Assembly (NCBI RefSeq): GCF_009914755.1
Contig: NC_060936.1
Source: the human T2T-CHM13v2.0 reference genome, Homo sapiens
Reading direction: 5' to 3' (one strand)
Length of the DNA stretch: 64,000 bases
Within the stretch, counting starts at the first letter, position 1. The number at the start of each line of letters is the position of its first letter. Of the stretch, positions 44,647 through 58,736 are shown piece after piece. The position numbers and the translations under genes are program-made. The notes under the pieces were generated by a model. The model was not told the origin of the DNA, did no database searches, and worked only from the letters and a program-made list of their open reading frames with translations.

Positions 44647-45489
44647 TGTGATATTATAAAATATATATTTGGTCTTCATCCCATTTCCAGACATATAGCT
44701 CCTAAAATCCTTGAAATCTCCAAAGTGATGAACATCTTTTTGTATTTGAATGAATTGGCTGATGGCTGGGGGCTCCAGCATAGCTTCAGGATGGGGACTG
44801 GTCATAGGAAGGACCAAGGCATGATTAGTGTGTTGGAACCTTCAGCCCCACCCTCTAACTTCCGGGGCTGGTTAAGCTGATCACCAATGGCCCATGACTT
44901 GATCAATCATGCCTACGCAATAAAGCCTCCACAAAAAAAAAAAAAAAAAGAATGGGTTACATGCACTTCCAGAGAGGGGAACATGAATAACTAAACGGAG
45001 ATTCCTGGATGGCGGTGCTCCCAGAGAGGGCATAAATCACCCTATGCATCTCTTCAACTGTATCCTCTGTAATATCCTTTATAAGAAAATGGTAAACATG
45101 TTTCCCTGAGTTCTGTGAGCAGGTCTAGCAAAATAACCAAACTCAAGGAGGGAGTCACGGGAACCCTAATTTCTAGTTGTTCAGCCAGAAGCACAAGTAA
45201 AGCCACCTGGGGCTTTTTTGTTTGGCATCTGAAGTCAGGGTAGTCTTGTGGGACTGAGCCCTCAACCTGTAGGATCTGACATTATCTCCAGGTAGATAGT
45301 TTCAGAATTGAATTGAAGACACCCAGCTTGTGTCTGCTGCAGGATTGATTGGTTGATTGCTGGTAGGGGAAATTCTTACACACTTCTTGGTAACCAGAGC
45401 TTACAGAAGTCTTCTATGTTGATTGTTGAATAAGAGAACAGAAAAAAACACTTAGGTTTGGGGTTTCTTTTCCCCTGTATCTTCAGACA
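44647..45489 (+). mobile_element. MER21-family solo LTR
   Basis: tgtgatattata...tttggtcttcatcc...agcttcaggatggggactggtca...cttgtgggactgagccctcaacctgt...TG/CA ends. Confidence 0.8.
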
Positions 45490-45946
45490 GCCCACTGCCA
45501 AAATAGATCTCCAAGGTAACAGTCATTTATGAACCAACACTTTTCAAGCACTTTAGTCCATGCACCCATACCATAACCAACATGGAGTTCATGAAGGTTT
45601 TCTAGATGCTTTGCTGAAATAAAGATTTACTGTTTCTAGCATCCCCAAATCTACTGGTCCAAGAAACTCTTTCAAAAAAAAAAAGGAAGCTAGTTAAATA
45701 AGATCTGTTTTCAGATTAACCCATTCTGGTATTAGTGATCCCACTAAAACCATTGTTAATAATCTGGTTTATACTTTTGTTAAGAATCTATGTCAAACTT
45801 ACCTATTTAGAGTATCACTATACACAAGTTTTTCCTTTTTGAAAATCTCATTAGTATATGTTGGCATTTGGGATGAAAATGATGTAGGAATGATGTAGAA
45901 TGGAGATAGATACCTGGAGTGAATGGGGCATTCAAAATATGGTGCA

Positions 45947-46304
<358 letters not shown>

Positions 46305-47599
46305 CTATCTGGGGAGTAAGAGCTATCTCCACATTACCCAAGAGTCAGAATTCTTCAAACATCCCTGTTCACTCCCACTCCCCAATCTGATGTATGAATA
46401 TAATTTAGGGACTGCTGTGTATACCTCTGTAGACTCACAGCCTTAAAGCCATATAACATAAAACATATCCATGAGTAAATCTAGAAAAGGTACACTGTAG
46501 CTTAGAATATTATTATTATGATGATCTAAATCTTCTAAGTGTAACTTGGTAGACAAGTAATTTCAGGTTGGCTATCACCCTTGTTATTATTTCACACTGT
46601 TGAAAGAACAAACCAAATTGCTTGGATTATTATATTTGTTCTCACTTTAGGAGGTGCTTGGGCTTGCTTCTTACTTTGTAACTGATGTTTATATTTCTTG
46701 TTAGTTATGTTTCTTTACACCCATTTGGATTAACAAACTCAATTTGCTTTAGCCTTCAAATGTCAAAATGCCCTAATTTCTTTTGTAATATGTAATTAGA
46801 AATGTATGGAAATTTTGAAGCATGATAGGAAGTATTCTTAACAAGGAAATTTTTTCCAAATATAACCTCTATTTTCACCAAAAATAAACTATATTAGTTA
46901 AAAATAAATAAATGAATATACAACTTTGCTTACCCATGGATGAAATCTTTTGCTTTTCCATCTTTTTTAATAATCAAGAATTAGTTTTCCACAAAGGGAA
47001 GAAAATCCAACCAGTGTTACTTGAGTAAAAAGCATCTGAAAAGAACTTGAGTCTTTTGAAGAATTTAATGAGTGTGAAATGGTCATTCATTCAACAAATA
47101 CTTTTGGACTCAACTAATAATTATAATTTGAAATAATGTAGTTGAATCCAATAGTGTAGCTGAGGTAAGAGGGTAAATCAAGAGAGACCTTTGAAAGAAG
47201 GAAAAAGGGGAAAGAGACCAAATGAAACACATGGAAAAGGTAATGAAACTCTAAGAAAAAAGAGGAAACCAAACAAAATGTAGAGGACATTGGGAGCTCC
47301 TTCAGGCAAAGAACTCCCCATCTTATACACTATACTTATATGCATGTAGAGAGTTGGCATGTATTTTTTTTAAGCTTCACACAGAAAGGTAAATTAGATT
47401 ATTTGAAAAGTTCTCCAGCTACACATCACCTGGATCCCGCATAAAATATACTTTGATATGCATTGTAGGACTCTGAGACAGTAAAGGGAATCTCTCAGGG
47501 TCCAAAATGAAAACAAAACAAAACAAAATTGCTGAAGCAGGTGGGGTAGGCAGTAATCTTTTAAATAAGACTTAAACCGGCTACAAGGTGAAGAAGCTA

Positions 47600-49830
47600 A
47601 TCTTTTAAATCCCATGTTAGCTGACTCTGCTGGAAGGAAGTCAGTACGGTTTCAGGTCCTTGGGCCCACAAGTTCCCAAGAGAGATAGACAGAAATCCTC
47701 TTTGGAGAAAAATAACCTCAAGTTAGTGTCCCAGAATTTCCCACAAATAAACATCAACCAAATAGGAATTCATAATCAAAGATCTCAAGCCATATAAGAA
47801 AATTCTGCTGACATGAGTGTTAGCAGAATAAACAAATATAATTCGATTTATGAGGCAAAAAAACTAATTAGCTATTATCTGGCTGTATAAAGAAATAAAA
47901 ATTAAAATCATAAATAAATATCTAAGATGACTAGGCATACGTGAAAAGAACCCACTAGAACTTTTGGAAAAGAAAAATATAACTGCTAAAATATAAAACC
48001 CCATAAATGAGTTAAAGAGTAGATTAAACATAGTTGAAAAGAATAATGTAAGCTACATATGAAGAAATTATGCAGAATGCACCACAGAAGGTGAAAAAAG
48101 ACAGAAAATAATAAACATTAAGAGATATGGAATATAGAGAATGTTAAGATATTACTCATCTCTAATTAGAATCCCAGAATGAGAGACCACAAAGAATGGA
48201 GTAAAGACAAGAGAAGACACAATAGCTAACACTGTTCCCAGATTAACATAGGACATGAATCTACAAAAAGAGGAAGTCCTGGCTATATACATGTATCAAG
48301 TAGGATACCTGAAAAGAAAATGAAATAGAGGCAGTACATATACATGTATCACATAAGATGCATGAAAAAAAGCAAACCAATATAAACTACAGTGAAATTT
48401 CAAAACACCAGGGGAAAGGCAATCTTAAAAGCATCGAAGGGGGGAATATTATTTACAAAAGAAAAACAAGTAGACTGAATAATTTTCAACAGCAATATGG
48501 CAGCCAGAAGAGAGTGGAATATCTTCAAAATGTTGAATGAAAATAGCTGTCAACCTATAATTTAGTGTCCAGAAACATTATATTTTGAGAACAAAAATGT
48601 AATTAAGACATTTTTAGATTAAAAACTATTCTTTTCACTGCCTTCACTAGATGAACTTCTGAAGTACACTTTCAGATGAAGGAAAGTGACCCAGTAGGAA
48701 ATACTGGAATACAAGAAAAAATGGTGAACAAAGAAGCTGATTAACATTTGGGTTAATATAAAGAGGCCTGGTCTGTACAAAATAATATTAATAAATAATA
48801 TGAAATTGTGAGGCTTAAAAGACACAGTTTAAATGCTAGAGAATAACTTACAAATCAGAAGGAGGATAATTAGAGTTAAATCATTCTAAGGTTTTTGTAT
48901 TGTTCTGAGGAGTTTAATATATTAATTTTAAGTGTCCTTAAGAAAAATATTCACAATAAGATTTTAACAGAAATGATCCATATGGTACTTCACAACCTCA
49001 ATTTTACAGGTAAACACACACACACACAAAGATAATAAATCATAGAGTTAGTATGTGATGAAGCTAGGATTTGAATTCAAGCAGAGAACGTGGTTTTGAC
49101 CATTATGCTCTACAATATCTTAAAGACTCTAAAAGAACGGAAATGTGATGTAGAAATTCCAAACCAGTAGAGGAAGGGAGAAAGAATAAGAGGTAAACAA
49201 ATATTAACAATCAATCTTCCTCTGTAAGCCACAAAAAAGCAAGAAAAAAGAAATGTAGAAGGAAAGGAGACACATAGATAGAAGGTAAAGACTGAGGAGA
49301 AAAACATTCAAGCATGTAAATAATCACAATATAAATGGACTAAACTTTCTAGTTAAAAGACAGAGTCAAGGCAGTTTTTAAAGATATAGCTATATGTTAT
49401 TTACAAACATAAGAACGTGGAAAGCTTAAGATATATCAATTATATAATAATTAAAGCTGGTATAGCTATGTTGACATCACACGCAATGAGCTTCAAGATA
49501 AAAAAGCATTATTGTGGCTAGAAAAGGTCATCACATAATGATAAAATCTACAAGAGGAAATTGAAAAACTCATTATCATAGTGTAGCTATTTCAACACCC
49601 ATTCAACCACTGTTAAGTTATTGATATCTCTCTATATCTATCTCTATCTCTCAATATATATATAGATTACTTATATAGAGACCTATATCTATCGATATAT
49701 GTATATATCATATATATAATACATATGTGGCATATAGCAATTAGAGAATACACATACTCAACAAACCCATAAGAAATATTTGTAAAAATTAACCAGCATA
49801 CCTTAATACATTTCTGAGAATTTGCATCAT
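47600..49830 (+). mobile_element. Highly degenerate L1M ORF1/ORF2-start remnants
   Basis: agagtggaatatcttcaaaatgttgaatgaaaatagctgtcaacct and aaatggactaaactttctagttaaaagacagag. Confidence 0.6.
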
Positions 49831-49832
49831 CT

Positions 49833-50170
49833 AGAAAAGGGGTTAAAAATCTTTTTATGTAAAGGACCTGATAACAAAAGCTAAGGTTTTGGAGGTCAGT
49901 GGTCTCTATTGCAACTACACAACTCTGCCACTGTGTAACTCAATAGCAGCCATAGACAATACATAAGCAAATGACCTTAACTATGTTCCAATTAATGTAA
50001 GACCCACTAAATTTGAATTTTATGTAATTTTTACAGACCTCAAAATATTATCCTTCTTTTGTGTTGTTTGACCATTTAAAATGTACCAACCATTCTTAGT
50101 TTGCCAGCTGTAGAAAAACAGGTGACAGGCCAAGTGTGGCCCATAGGGTGGTGATTCACTGACCTCTGAT
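49833..50170. mobile_element. MER58B-like hAT element
   Basis: gcaactacacaactctgccactgtg...agcagccatagacaatac...ggcccatagg...tgacctctg. Confidence 0.75.
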
Positions 50171-50316
50171 CTTGACTCATCTGTTTGTAAGGCAGTACAG
50201 TTAGAAATCAATAGCTGACTAATTTTTAAAACATTTAAGTTTAAAATGAAATTTTAATTAATTGTACTTTTTAATTTCTAAAGATTAATTTAAATGGGAT
50301 TTAAAAACAGACTCCC

Positions 50317-50594
50317 CGCCCGGCATGCTGGCTCATGCCTGTAATCCCAGAACTTTGGGAGGCCACGGCGGGCAGATCACGAGGTCAAGAGTTCAAGACC
50401 AGCCTGACCAACATGGTGAAACCCCGTCTCTACTAAAAATACAAAAAAAATTACCCGGGTGTGGTGGCACATGCCTGTAATCCCAGCTACTCGGGGGCTG
50501 AGGCAGGAGAATCACTTGAACCCAGGAGGAGGAGGTTGCAATGAGCTGAAATCCCACCACTGCACTCCAGCCTGGGTGATAGAGCGAGACTCCA

Positions 50595-50626
<32 letters not shown>
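50317..50626 (+). mobile_element. AluSg-like
   Basis: Dimer, poly-A, TSD ~aaaaacagact.ccc. Confidence 0.94.
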
Positions 50627-50628
<2 letters not shown>

Positions 50629-52837
50629 AGACTTCCCAATAATGTATGAATAGAAGAAGAAATCATAATAATAAAATTTATAAATATGTAAAACTGCAAG
50701 AAAGAGAAATAAATTCTAGTATATTCTGTTAACAAAATATTCTATAGCGGTGAACATGAGGAAGCAACCACTATGTTCCGCAGTATAGATTACTCTTAGA
50801 AACTTAGAGTTGAGTGAAAAAAGTCATAGAAGATTATGCATGATAAGATATCCTTTTTAGAGAGCTCAGAAAAGCATAACTAAATGATTTATTATTTAGG
50901 AGCAGCAGACATTTGTTAAAAATTTGTTTGTAAACAAAGGAATGTTTATCACAAAATTCAGAATAGTAGTTACCTCTGAAAGGCAGGAAAGGAATGAAAT
51001 GAGGAAGCTAACACAGATAAGTTGCAATAGTATTGTAAGGTGAATCATCGGTGCTCATCTTAATTACTATTCTTGTCCCTCCTGGGAGAAAAATTGTGGA
51101 ATTGCATACGGTAGGGAGGACCTTAATGCAGGGAGACAGCCATGGCTAGGGAAAGGCTAAAAGAGATGAGACAGAATGACGGAAGAAGGACAATGGAATT
51201 GTTGCTCTAATTTGTGGTGAAAGTGCTCCAGTCATATTCTCTTATTTACCTGGACTCAGGTCATCAGAATGTCTCATTCCCTATTATCTCTGACCTTTGA
51301 ATGACTGATGAGCTCTGTAGATTTAAAACAAAAAAAAAACTCCTTTCTGAACAAGAGCACAGGTATTCTGTTTCCAATTTTAAATGTGAAAGTTTGTTTT
51401 TATGGTTTTTATGAAAAGGTTGATTTCCTCCAGCAATTTTAATGTTCTGTATAACTAACAGAAATTTAATTTTTGAATTTGAGAGTTATTGATCCATTTA
51501 CTAGTAACAGCTGAATGTTCCTTAAAATGCAAAAGAGACATTTGTTTTATCTTTTTGAGAGAATGGTGCTGTTTGTTCTGCAGAACTGGAAATTTGCCAT
51601 TTATGAGCAGCACTTATCTCACTATTTACAGCTTTTTCTAATCAGATCTAGGCTTTTTATTTTCCTACTTGTGCCTAAGCAAAAAAAAAAAAAAAAGAAA
51701 GAAAAAGAAAAGCAGATGAGAATGAAAAGGGAAGAAAATAAAATAACTGTGGGGGGGGGGAATCTTCAAAAAACTATCTGTTTAAAATTATAGTAGAGCT
51801 TTAAAGTGGAATTCTACTATACAATTGAAAAGAATGAGGTGGTGACATTAACTACTAGCTAGGATAGACAGCAAGATATATATTTATTAAGGTGGGGGGA
51901 GACAGCATGTTGCAATACATTATGTAGTATGAATTAACTTATATAAAAAAGAATAACAAATAAATATAAGCCAACATTCTACCAGTATTTTATGGGAGAG
52001 GGGTGACAGTGTAATAGGAGTCACTTTCACTATTTCAGTTAATTTATTTCTATAATTGAATTTTAAGCCATTTTTAATACTACAAAAAAGTATTATTTTG
52101 TGGCAGAGAAAATTTAACTTAGTAATATTTTATTATTCATTGTGGATTTTTCATGTTTCTCAATTCTTTACTCCTGCTAGAACTCGGGCAGATTTTTAAA
52201 ACTCCCATCCCTAATGTCCAAAGTTGCATTTTTGTATCTTTAGGATTGCTGAGCTAGAATAATCCTTAGGCTATTTAACAATTCCCCCTGGGTAAGCTCA
52301 TTGGCATTGCAAACACAGACACTGTTTCCTTTAGTTGGCACCCAAACTTTCTTCTTCCTTAACAGCAGAATCCTCAGCAGGGAAAATAAAACGAAAGAAA
52401 ACTCCTATTACGAATTTGGAAAGTTTTAAAATGCAAATGCACATTTATCAATACCTATCTCACCGAGATCACTTGTGCTCAAGGTAATTCCAACAACCTT
52501 AAAGATCATTTTCCTGATCACAGCACAGAAATCCCAGTTTCGTTTTTGCTTTGGTTTTTTTAATCAAAAATTCATTGGTTGCTAAGAAATCCCAGTTTGG
52601 GCAAGGCAAGAGCAAATATATCCCACAGATTTTAAATGTAACTTCATCTTAAAGGACTCAGAAACACATCCACAACCCCCAACACACACACAGAGAAAGA
52701 AAGAGAGAATCTCTAAAGTGTGCTATAAACACTTGTTGGCTTTCCAAAAACACTAAGTTTCGTACCACTTTAATGAACACTTTTTAAATGCAAAGCTTTC
52801 AAAGTATTTTCTTCACTTTATTGTATGAAGGATGCAT

Positions 52838-52938
52838 TTCTTTCCTTCCTCTCTTCTTTCCTTCCTTCATCCTTCCTTCCTTTCTTCCTTCCTTCCCTCC
52901 TTCCCTTTCTTTCTTTTCTTTCTTTCTTTCTTTCTTTC

Positions 52939-53014
<76 letters not shown>

Positions 53015-53057
53015 TCCTTCTTTCTCTCTTTCTCTCTCTCTCTTTCTTTCTTTCTTT
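52838..53057. repeat. Compound (CCTT)n/(CTTT)n/(CT)n microsatellite derived from an Alu tail
   Basis: About 220 bp of almost pure pyrimidine. Confidence 0.95.
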
Positions 53058-53339
53058 GAGACAGAGTCTCACACTGCCACCCAGGCTGGAGTGCAGTGGC
53101 ACAATCTTGGCTCACTACAACCTCCGCTTCCTGGGCTCAAGCGATTCTCCTGCCGCAGCCTCCCAAGTAACTGGGATTTCAAGCATGTGCCACCACACAC
53201 GGCTAATTTTTGTATTTTTAGCAGAGACGGGTTTTTGCCATAGTGGCCAGGCTGGTCTCGAACTCCTGACCTCAAGAGATCTGCTCACCTCGGCCTCCCA
53301 AAGTGCTAGGATTACAGGCGTGAGCCACTGCACCTGGCC
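53055..53339 (-). mobile_element. AluS
   Basis: Dimer; TSD aaggatgcatttct encloses the Alu plus microsatellite. Confidence 0.94.
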
Positions 53340-53399
53340 AAAGGATGCATTTCTGATCTTATTAACCACACTCATCATTCTGGGCATTCATGACTGTAC

Positions 53400-53735
53400 T
53401 ACAGAGGTACACGACCCTTTAATCAAAACCCTTGCAACCAGATGTTTTTAATTTTGTAAAGGGAACATGGTACTTATACCATATATTCGTCCCACCCCAA
53501 ATAAGGTCTGTAATTAACACATTATTTCTGCAGCAAAACATATTCCCACAAATTAGAATGAACTTCCTAAGTTGCCTCACATCAGTTCAGATAAGATTTG
53601 CTGCCAAACAAGTACAAGACAAGTCAGGCTTTGCTACCAAATGGAATTTGAAAACAAACAACCCAACCAAACAAACTTAAAAAAAAAATGAATCTTTTGT
53701 TTTGATACTGCAGATAAGTCACTGCGCACTTATGT
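53400..53735. mobile_element. MER46C-like Tigger MITE
   Basis: aaacccttgcaaccagatg...atttctgcagcaaaaca...tcagttcagataagatttgctgccaaa. Confidence 0.65.
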
Positions 53736-54587
53736 AACAGTGACTAAAAGGGTGCCTGAGTTGTTTTGTCTTGGATGTAGAGGTCATGGCTATCATTTTG
53801 AGGACTCGAGGTCTGCTTCTCTAAGTCTTCCTGCCTCTATGCAATCTGGCATCCTCCCGTCTGTTTTGTTGCTGTGATTTCCTCTACCACCTTTCCTGTC
53901 CTGTTAATTTATCACTTTTAATCTGCTGTGACTTAATGAAATAGATACTAACATTATAATTATGTATGAAATTAGAGTAAGTAGGTTTTACATCAGAAGG
54001 CCAAAAGTTGTTTTATAATAAGGTATATAAACTTTGCTCATATTCATGATAAAAGCTATTTCAACCATTTAGAGGCTTTTTTGTTTGCTAGTGATTCGCA
54101 CCTGTATTTGCAATTTTTGAGATACTTATCTTTAAAAAAAACCCAACACTCCCCACTCTGAGAAAAAAAGAGAGAGATACATTGTCTCATTTTATAGATG
54201 TCATCTATTTTCAGGATCTGACATCTTATAAAACCATATTATTATAATATATATATATGACATTTTGGTCATCGAAAAATAAGCTAAAGTTTAAAACTTA
54301 TTCACTCTAGCACAAAAAAGATTATGACGATAAATAGTGAAGTATTTGTAAAATATTAAAAGTAGAATCTCAGCATGACTTTTGTAAACAATAACAGTCA
54401 ATTGCCAATATTTTTATTATCGCTCAACTTGCAAGTCCTTCCATATTCTGCCCCTGCCTTCTGCATTTATCTTCCTTTATTACTGCTGTCAGTGTGAGCC
54501 TTTCCACAGCTCCAACATGTAGAGCCCTTCAGCGGCAATGCCCACACAGGCCATACTTATCCCTGCAACACATAAGAAATCTGAGGA

Positions 54588-54957
<370 letters not shown>

Positions 54958-55419
54958 TCAAGGTTCCCTGAGGGAAGTAGCCAAAGCTGGTCGAACATCA
55001 GTATCAAGTGTTAAGAGAGAGAGGTAATGAAAGCCCTACTCCAGAAGAGTACCAGGAGAAGTAAGAACAAAGAAACCCAATCAGGTGACTCAAGCATAAG
55101 AAAGCATCTTGAGGGCCTCTGACTCACCCATTTAGCAAAGGTCCAAGTACCTGCCAAGCACAGGGATGGGCCCTGGGGATACAAAAAAAAAAAAAGTACA
55201 AAATGGTCCCCACCCTTCAGGGCATGCAGTGTTGTTAGCAATTAGACAAGCATAAACAAATAATGACAACCATATACCATGTCATACCAGTACAATTTAA
55301 TACCAGGTGCTACCTGAGCACAGGGAAATGAGTGCCTGACGCTGCTGTGCAAAACCAGCAGTGACATCACAGAGACTTGCTGTGCTTCCTTTCACTGAAT
55401 GGCTTCCAACTTCCATGCT

Positions 55420-55830
55420 GCTCCTCCAGCGCTCTGACATGCATTCGCCACAGCGCCTTAGCACTTGCTCTTCCCTTGCCCTAGAGCACTCTTCTTCCAG
55501 ATTGCTACATGGCTCACTCACTTCATTCAGTTCTCAGCTCAAGTGCTACCTCATCAGAAAAGATTTCTCTGACGAACCACCCTATTTAAACTATACTCCT
55601 ACCCTGCCTAAACCCATACACACACACACACACACACACTCACTCACTCTCTCTCTCCCTATTGCATTACATTGCTTTTTTATCACAGCACCTATCACAA
55701 TCTGAAGATCTCGTTCAATTATTTATTGTCTGTTTCCCTCATGTAAATTCTGTGAGAGCAGGGATATCTGTCAGTTTTGTTTATTGCTATATATCCCCAG
55801 TGCTGGGCAGAGTTTAATGAATGAATAAGG
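55420..55830 (+). mobile_element. L2 3' region
   Basis: tggctcactcacttcattcagttctcagctcaag...gtgagagcagggatatctgtc. Confidence 0.75.
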
Positions 55831-56090
55831 AGAAATTTGAGCTGAGTTATGAAGAACATGTAGCAGTTTATCAAGGGAATGGGCAGGAGGTGGAGGCAGG
55901 AACACAGAATGTACATAGACACAAATAACAAGGAGTCAAGGCACTGTTAAAGGAACTTAAAGAGGGAAATAAAATAATCTGTTCCTGGCACACAGTGTGT
56001 TTATATTCCATGTTATTAAATAAATGAGTGAATGAGTGAATAAATGGTTGAATTAATAAACAGAGTTGTGCTTTAGAAAGTGTGTAAGGG

Positions 56091-56383
56091 GGCTGGGCAT
56101 GGTGGCTCACACCTGTAATCCCAGCACTTTGGGAGGCCGAGGCAGGAGGATCATGAGGTCAGGAGATCAAGATCATCCTGGCTAACATGGTGAAACCCTG
56201 TCTCTACTAAAAATACAAGAAATTAGCCAGGCGTGGTGGCAGGTGCCTGTAGTCCCAGCTACTCGGGAGGCTGAGGCAGGAGAATGGCAGGAAGCCAGGA
56301 GGCGGAGCTTGCAGTGAGCCAAGATCGCATCACTGCATTCCAGCCTGGGTGACAGAGTGAGACTTGGTCTCAAAAAAAGAAAA
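56091..56383 (+). mobile_element. AluY-like inserted at the pseudogene 5' junction
   Basis: TSD agaaagtgtgtaaggg (56075-56090) and agaaagcgtgtaaggg (56384-56399). Confidence 0.94.
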
Positions 56384-56775
56384 AGAAAGCGTGTAAGGGG
56401 GCAGGCCTGTGCTGGATTTGCGGCAGACTGTCTTGCAGCTTCTAGGGCTAACTCAGGTGAGGTGGAGCTGCTAGGGTCCTGAATTCAGAGATCCCTTGAT
56501 TGACAAGGAACATTATGGCAAGCCAGTGGCTGAAGTAACTGAGGAGGAGAAGAATGATCAGGAACTCAAGGAGACTCAGCTCATCAAAGCTGCTCCAACA
56601 ATGACAACGAGCTCTGTGTTTGAAGACCCCACAATCAGTAAATTCACCAACATGATGATGAAGGGAGAAAACAAAGTACTAGCCAGATCCTTCATGACTC
56701 AGGTTCTGGAAGCTATGAGAAGTACCATGATGCTTCTGCAGGGGAACAGGCAACCATTGAACACAACCCCTATAC

Positions 56776-57111
56776 CAGAGGTCCCCAACCGTTTTGGCAC
56801 CAGAAACTGGTTCCCACCGACAGGGGAGAGGGGGTTGATGGGAGAGGGGTGGAAGGGATTGATGATTTCATCAGGCACTGGATTCTCATAAGGAGTATGC
56901 AACCTAGATCCCCGAATGTGCAGTTTACAATAGGGTTCGTGCTTCTATGAGAATCTAAAGTTGCTGCTGATCTGACAGGAGGTGAAGCTCAGACGGTAAT
57001 GCTGGCTTTCTCACCTTGCTTGCTCGCCACTCACCTCCTGCTGTGTGGCCTGGTTTCTAACAGGCCATGAACCTTACCACGGGTCCATGGCCTGGGGGTT
57101 GGGAACTCCTG
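56776..57111. mobile_element. MER1B (hAT-Charlie) inside the pseudogene CDS
   Basis: TIRs cagaggtccccaacc / ggttgggaactcctg; 8-bp TSD ccctatac (56768-56775) and ccctacac (57112-57119). Confidence 0.9.
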
Positions 57112-57692
57112 CCCTACACCGTCTTCAACTAGGCAGTGAAAAACTATGAGCCTGTGATTGGGCTGATACCCATCCTCAAGGGAGGCCATTTCTCCTGGAT
57201 CCCTGGATCCTCACCCTACCAATATCACCACTTCCTGGCCATAAAGTGGATGAGCACTAAGTGGCACCAGGGGATGCTGATGCCAGCCAGAGAAGCTGTC
57301 GCATGGGCTGCTGGAGGCTTTTTGCAACCAGGGCCCCGTGATCAAGAGGAAGCATGACATGCACAAGATGGTCAAGGCCAACCATGCCCTGGCCCACTAC
57401 TGCTGGCGGTAGAGATTCCAGAAGGAGCTCAGGGCCCTCCACTGCAAGAAATACTGTGAGCCACTGCCACTTCAAAAAATAGCTGTGGGTTAAGGATGTA
57501 GTTCCTTTTTAAGGGCCGGCAGGCCTCATGAGAAGGATGGAGCAGCATATTTATTGCCTGGTAATCCTTCTTTCTTTGAGGCTAAAATTTGCTCTCCCTC
57601 TGTCCCCCTCTCCTTGTAAAGAGAGAGCACATTGTCTTGGAAACGTCGTCCAAGAAACTTAGGACCCAGGCTTCTCTTCGCTCAGCTTGGGA

Positions 57693-57796
57693 TGGACCTT
57701 TGGATGATATAAAAGGAAGCGGTTTTAGGTATTAGAAAAGATTTTGGACATTTGGATGATATAAAAGGAAGCGGTTTTAGGTATTAGAAAAGATTT
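57693..57796. repeat. 52-bp tandem duplication
   Basis: Copies at 57693-57744 and 57745-57796 differ at one base. Confidence 0.97.
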
Positions 57797-58421
57797 ATTA
57801 GAAAATTCTCACACTGAACTGGTATACCCTGTGGTACAGTACTACCATTCACTAAAACTGTCTGGAGGGGGAAAAAAGAAAGTGTGTAGGATAGATTGAT
57901 GGAATGGAAGGTAGGAAGTAGAGAAATCTCAAAGGCTAGTCTTCTATAAAGAGAAAAATCAGGCTCCAAAATGGCCTTAGCCCCTTCCCCTCAACAACCC
58001 CACAGAAAAACAAAAACAAATATATAGTGCTGAGATTATCACTAGCAATATACAGAACTCAAATATGAGGAGGAGATAGTTCCCGAGACCACAGAAAAGT
58101 GAAACAACTTTGAGCAGAGAGTAAGAAAATCAGACTTCCATATCCAGCACATGCTTCCTCCTTCCTGGCACCAAAAGTGTGGAAAACTTCCCTTACTCAT
58201 GGTTTCTACACGGGAAAAGTGAGATAAAGGTGGGCAACAAGCTTCTCTATCATCTTGGGTTCCCTAGCTGGAAACCTGTCCCTGCCTCAAACCACAGGAA
58301 GCATACCAGGTGCTGTAGGTAGAAATATCCCTGAGGGCTGCCAGACACAAGGAAGGGAAGTGGAACTACCATCCCCAGCCCTGGACACTCTGCTCTGTAA
58401 CTTGGCAAAAGAAAATGCCAA

Positions 58422-58736
58422 GGCTGGGTGCAGTGGCTCATGCCTGTAATCCCAGCACTTTGGGAGGCCGAGGCAGGCGGATCACGAGGTCAGGAGATCA
58501 AGACCATCCTGGCTAACGTGGCGAAACCCCATCTCTACTAAAAATACAAAAAAAAAAAAAAAAATTAGCGGGGCGTGGTGGCATGTGCCTGTAGTCCTAG
58601 CTACTCAGGAGGCTGAGGCAGGAGAATGGCGTGAACCCAGGAGGCGGAGCTTGCAGTGAGCCAAGATTGCACCACTGCACTCCAGCCTGGGCAACAGAGT
58701 GAGACTTTGTCTCAAAAAAAAAAAAAAAAAAAAAAA
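58422..58736 (+). mobile_element. AluY-like nested in L1
   Basis: Dimer with expanded middle A tract. Confidence 0.94.

Larger units (their letters stand above)
56396..57876 (+). pseudogene. MRPS7P2: Processed pseudogene of mitochondrial ribosomal protein S7 (probably MRPS7P2)
   Basis: Translates to [18 protein letters not shown]...[31 protein letters not shown], then KNYEP.IGLIPILKGG and [16 protein letters not shown]; intronless; start codon missing; short deletions; TAG at 57130-57132; native stop at 57410-57412; 3' UTR, A remnant and 12-bp TSD. MRPS7 parentage is secure; the P2 label is recall. Confidence 0.92.

Noticed and set aside
52788-53451. 151- and 208-aa ORFs
   Set aside because: Translations of microsatellite plus Alu
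56496-56891. 131-aa MRPS7/MER1B chimeric ORF
   Set aside because: TTG start, no targeting peptide, frameshifts and then reads into the transposon; no promoter evident
57693-57796. Direct repeat as a possible CRISPR-like array
   Set aside because: Two adjacent copies with no spacer in eukaryotic DNA
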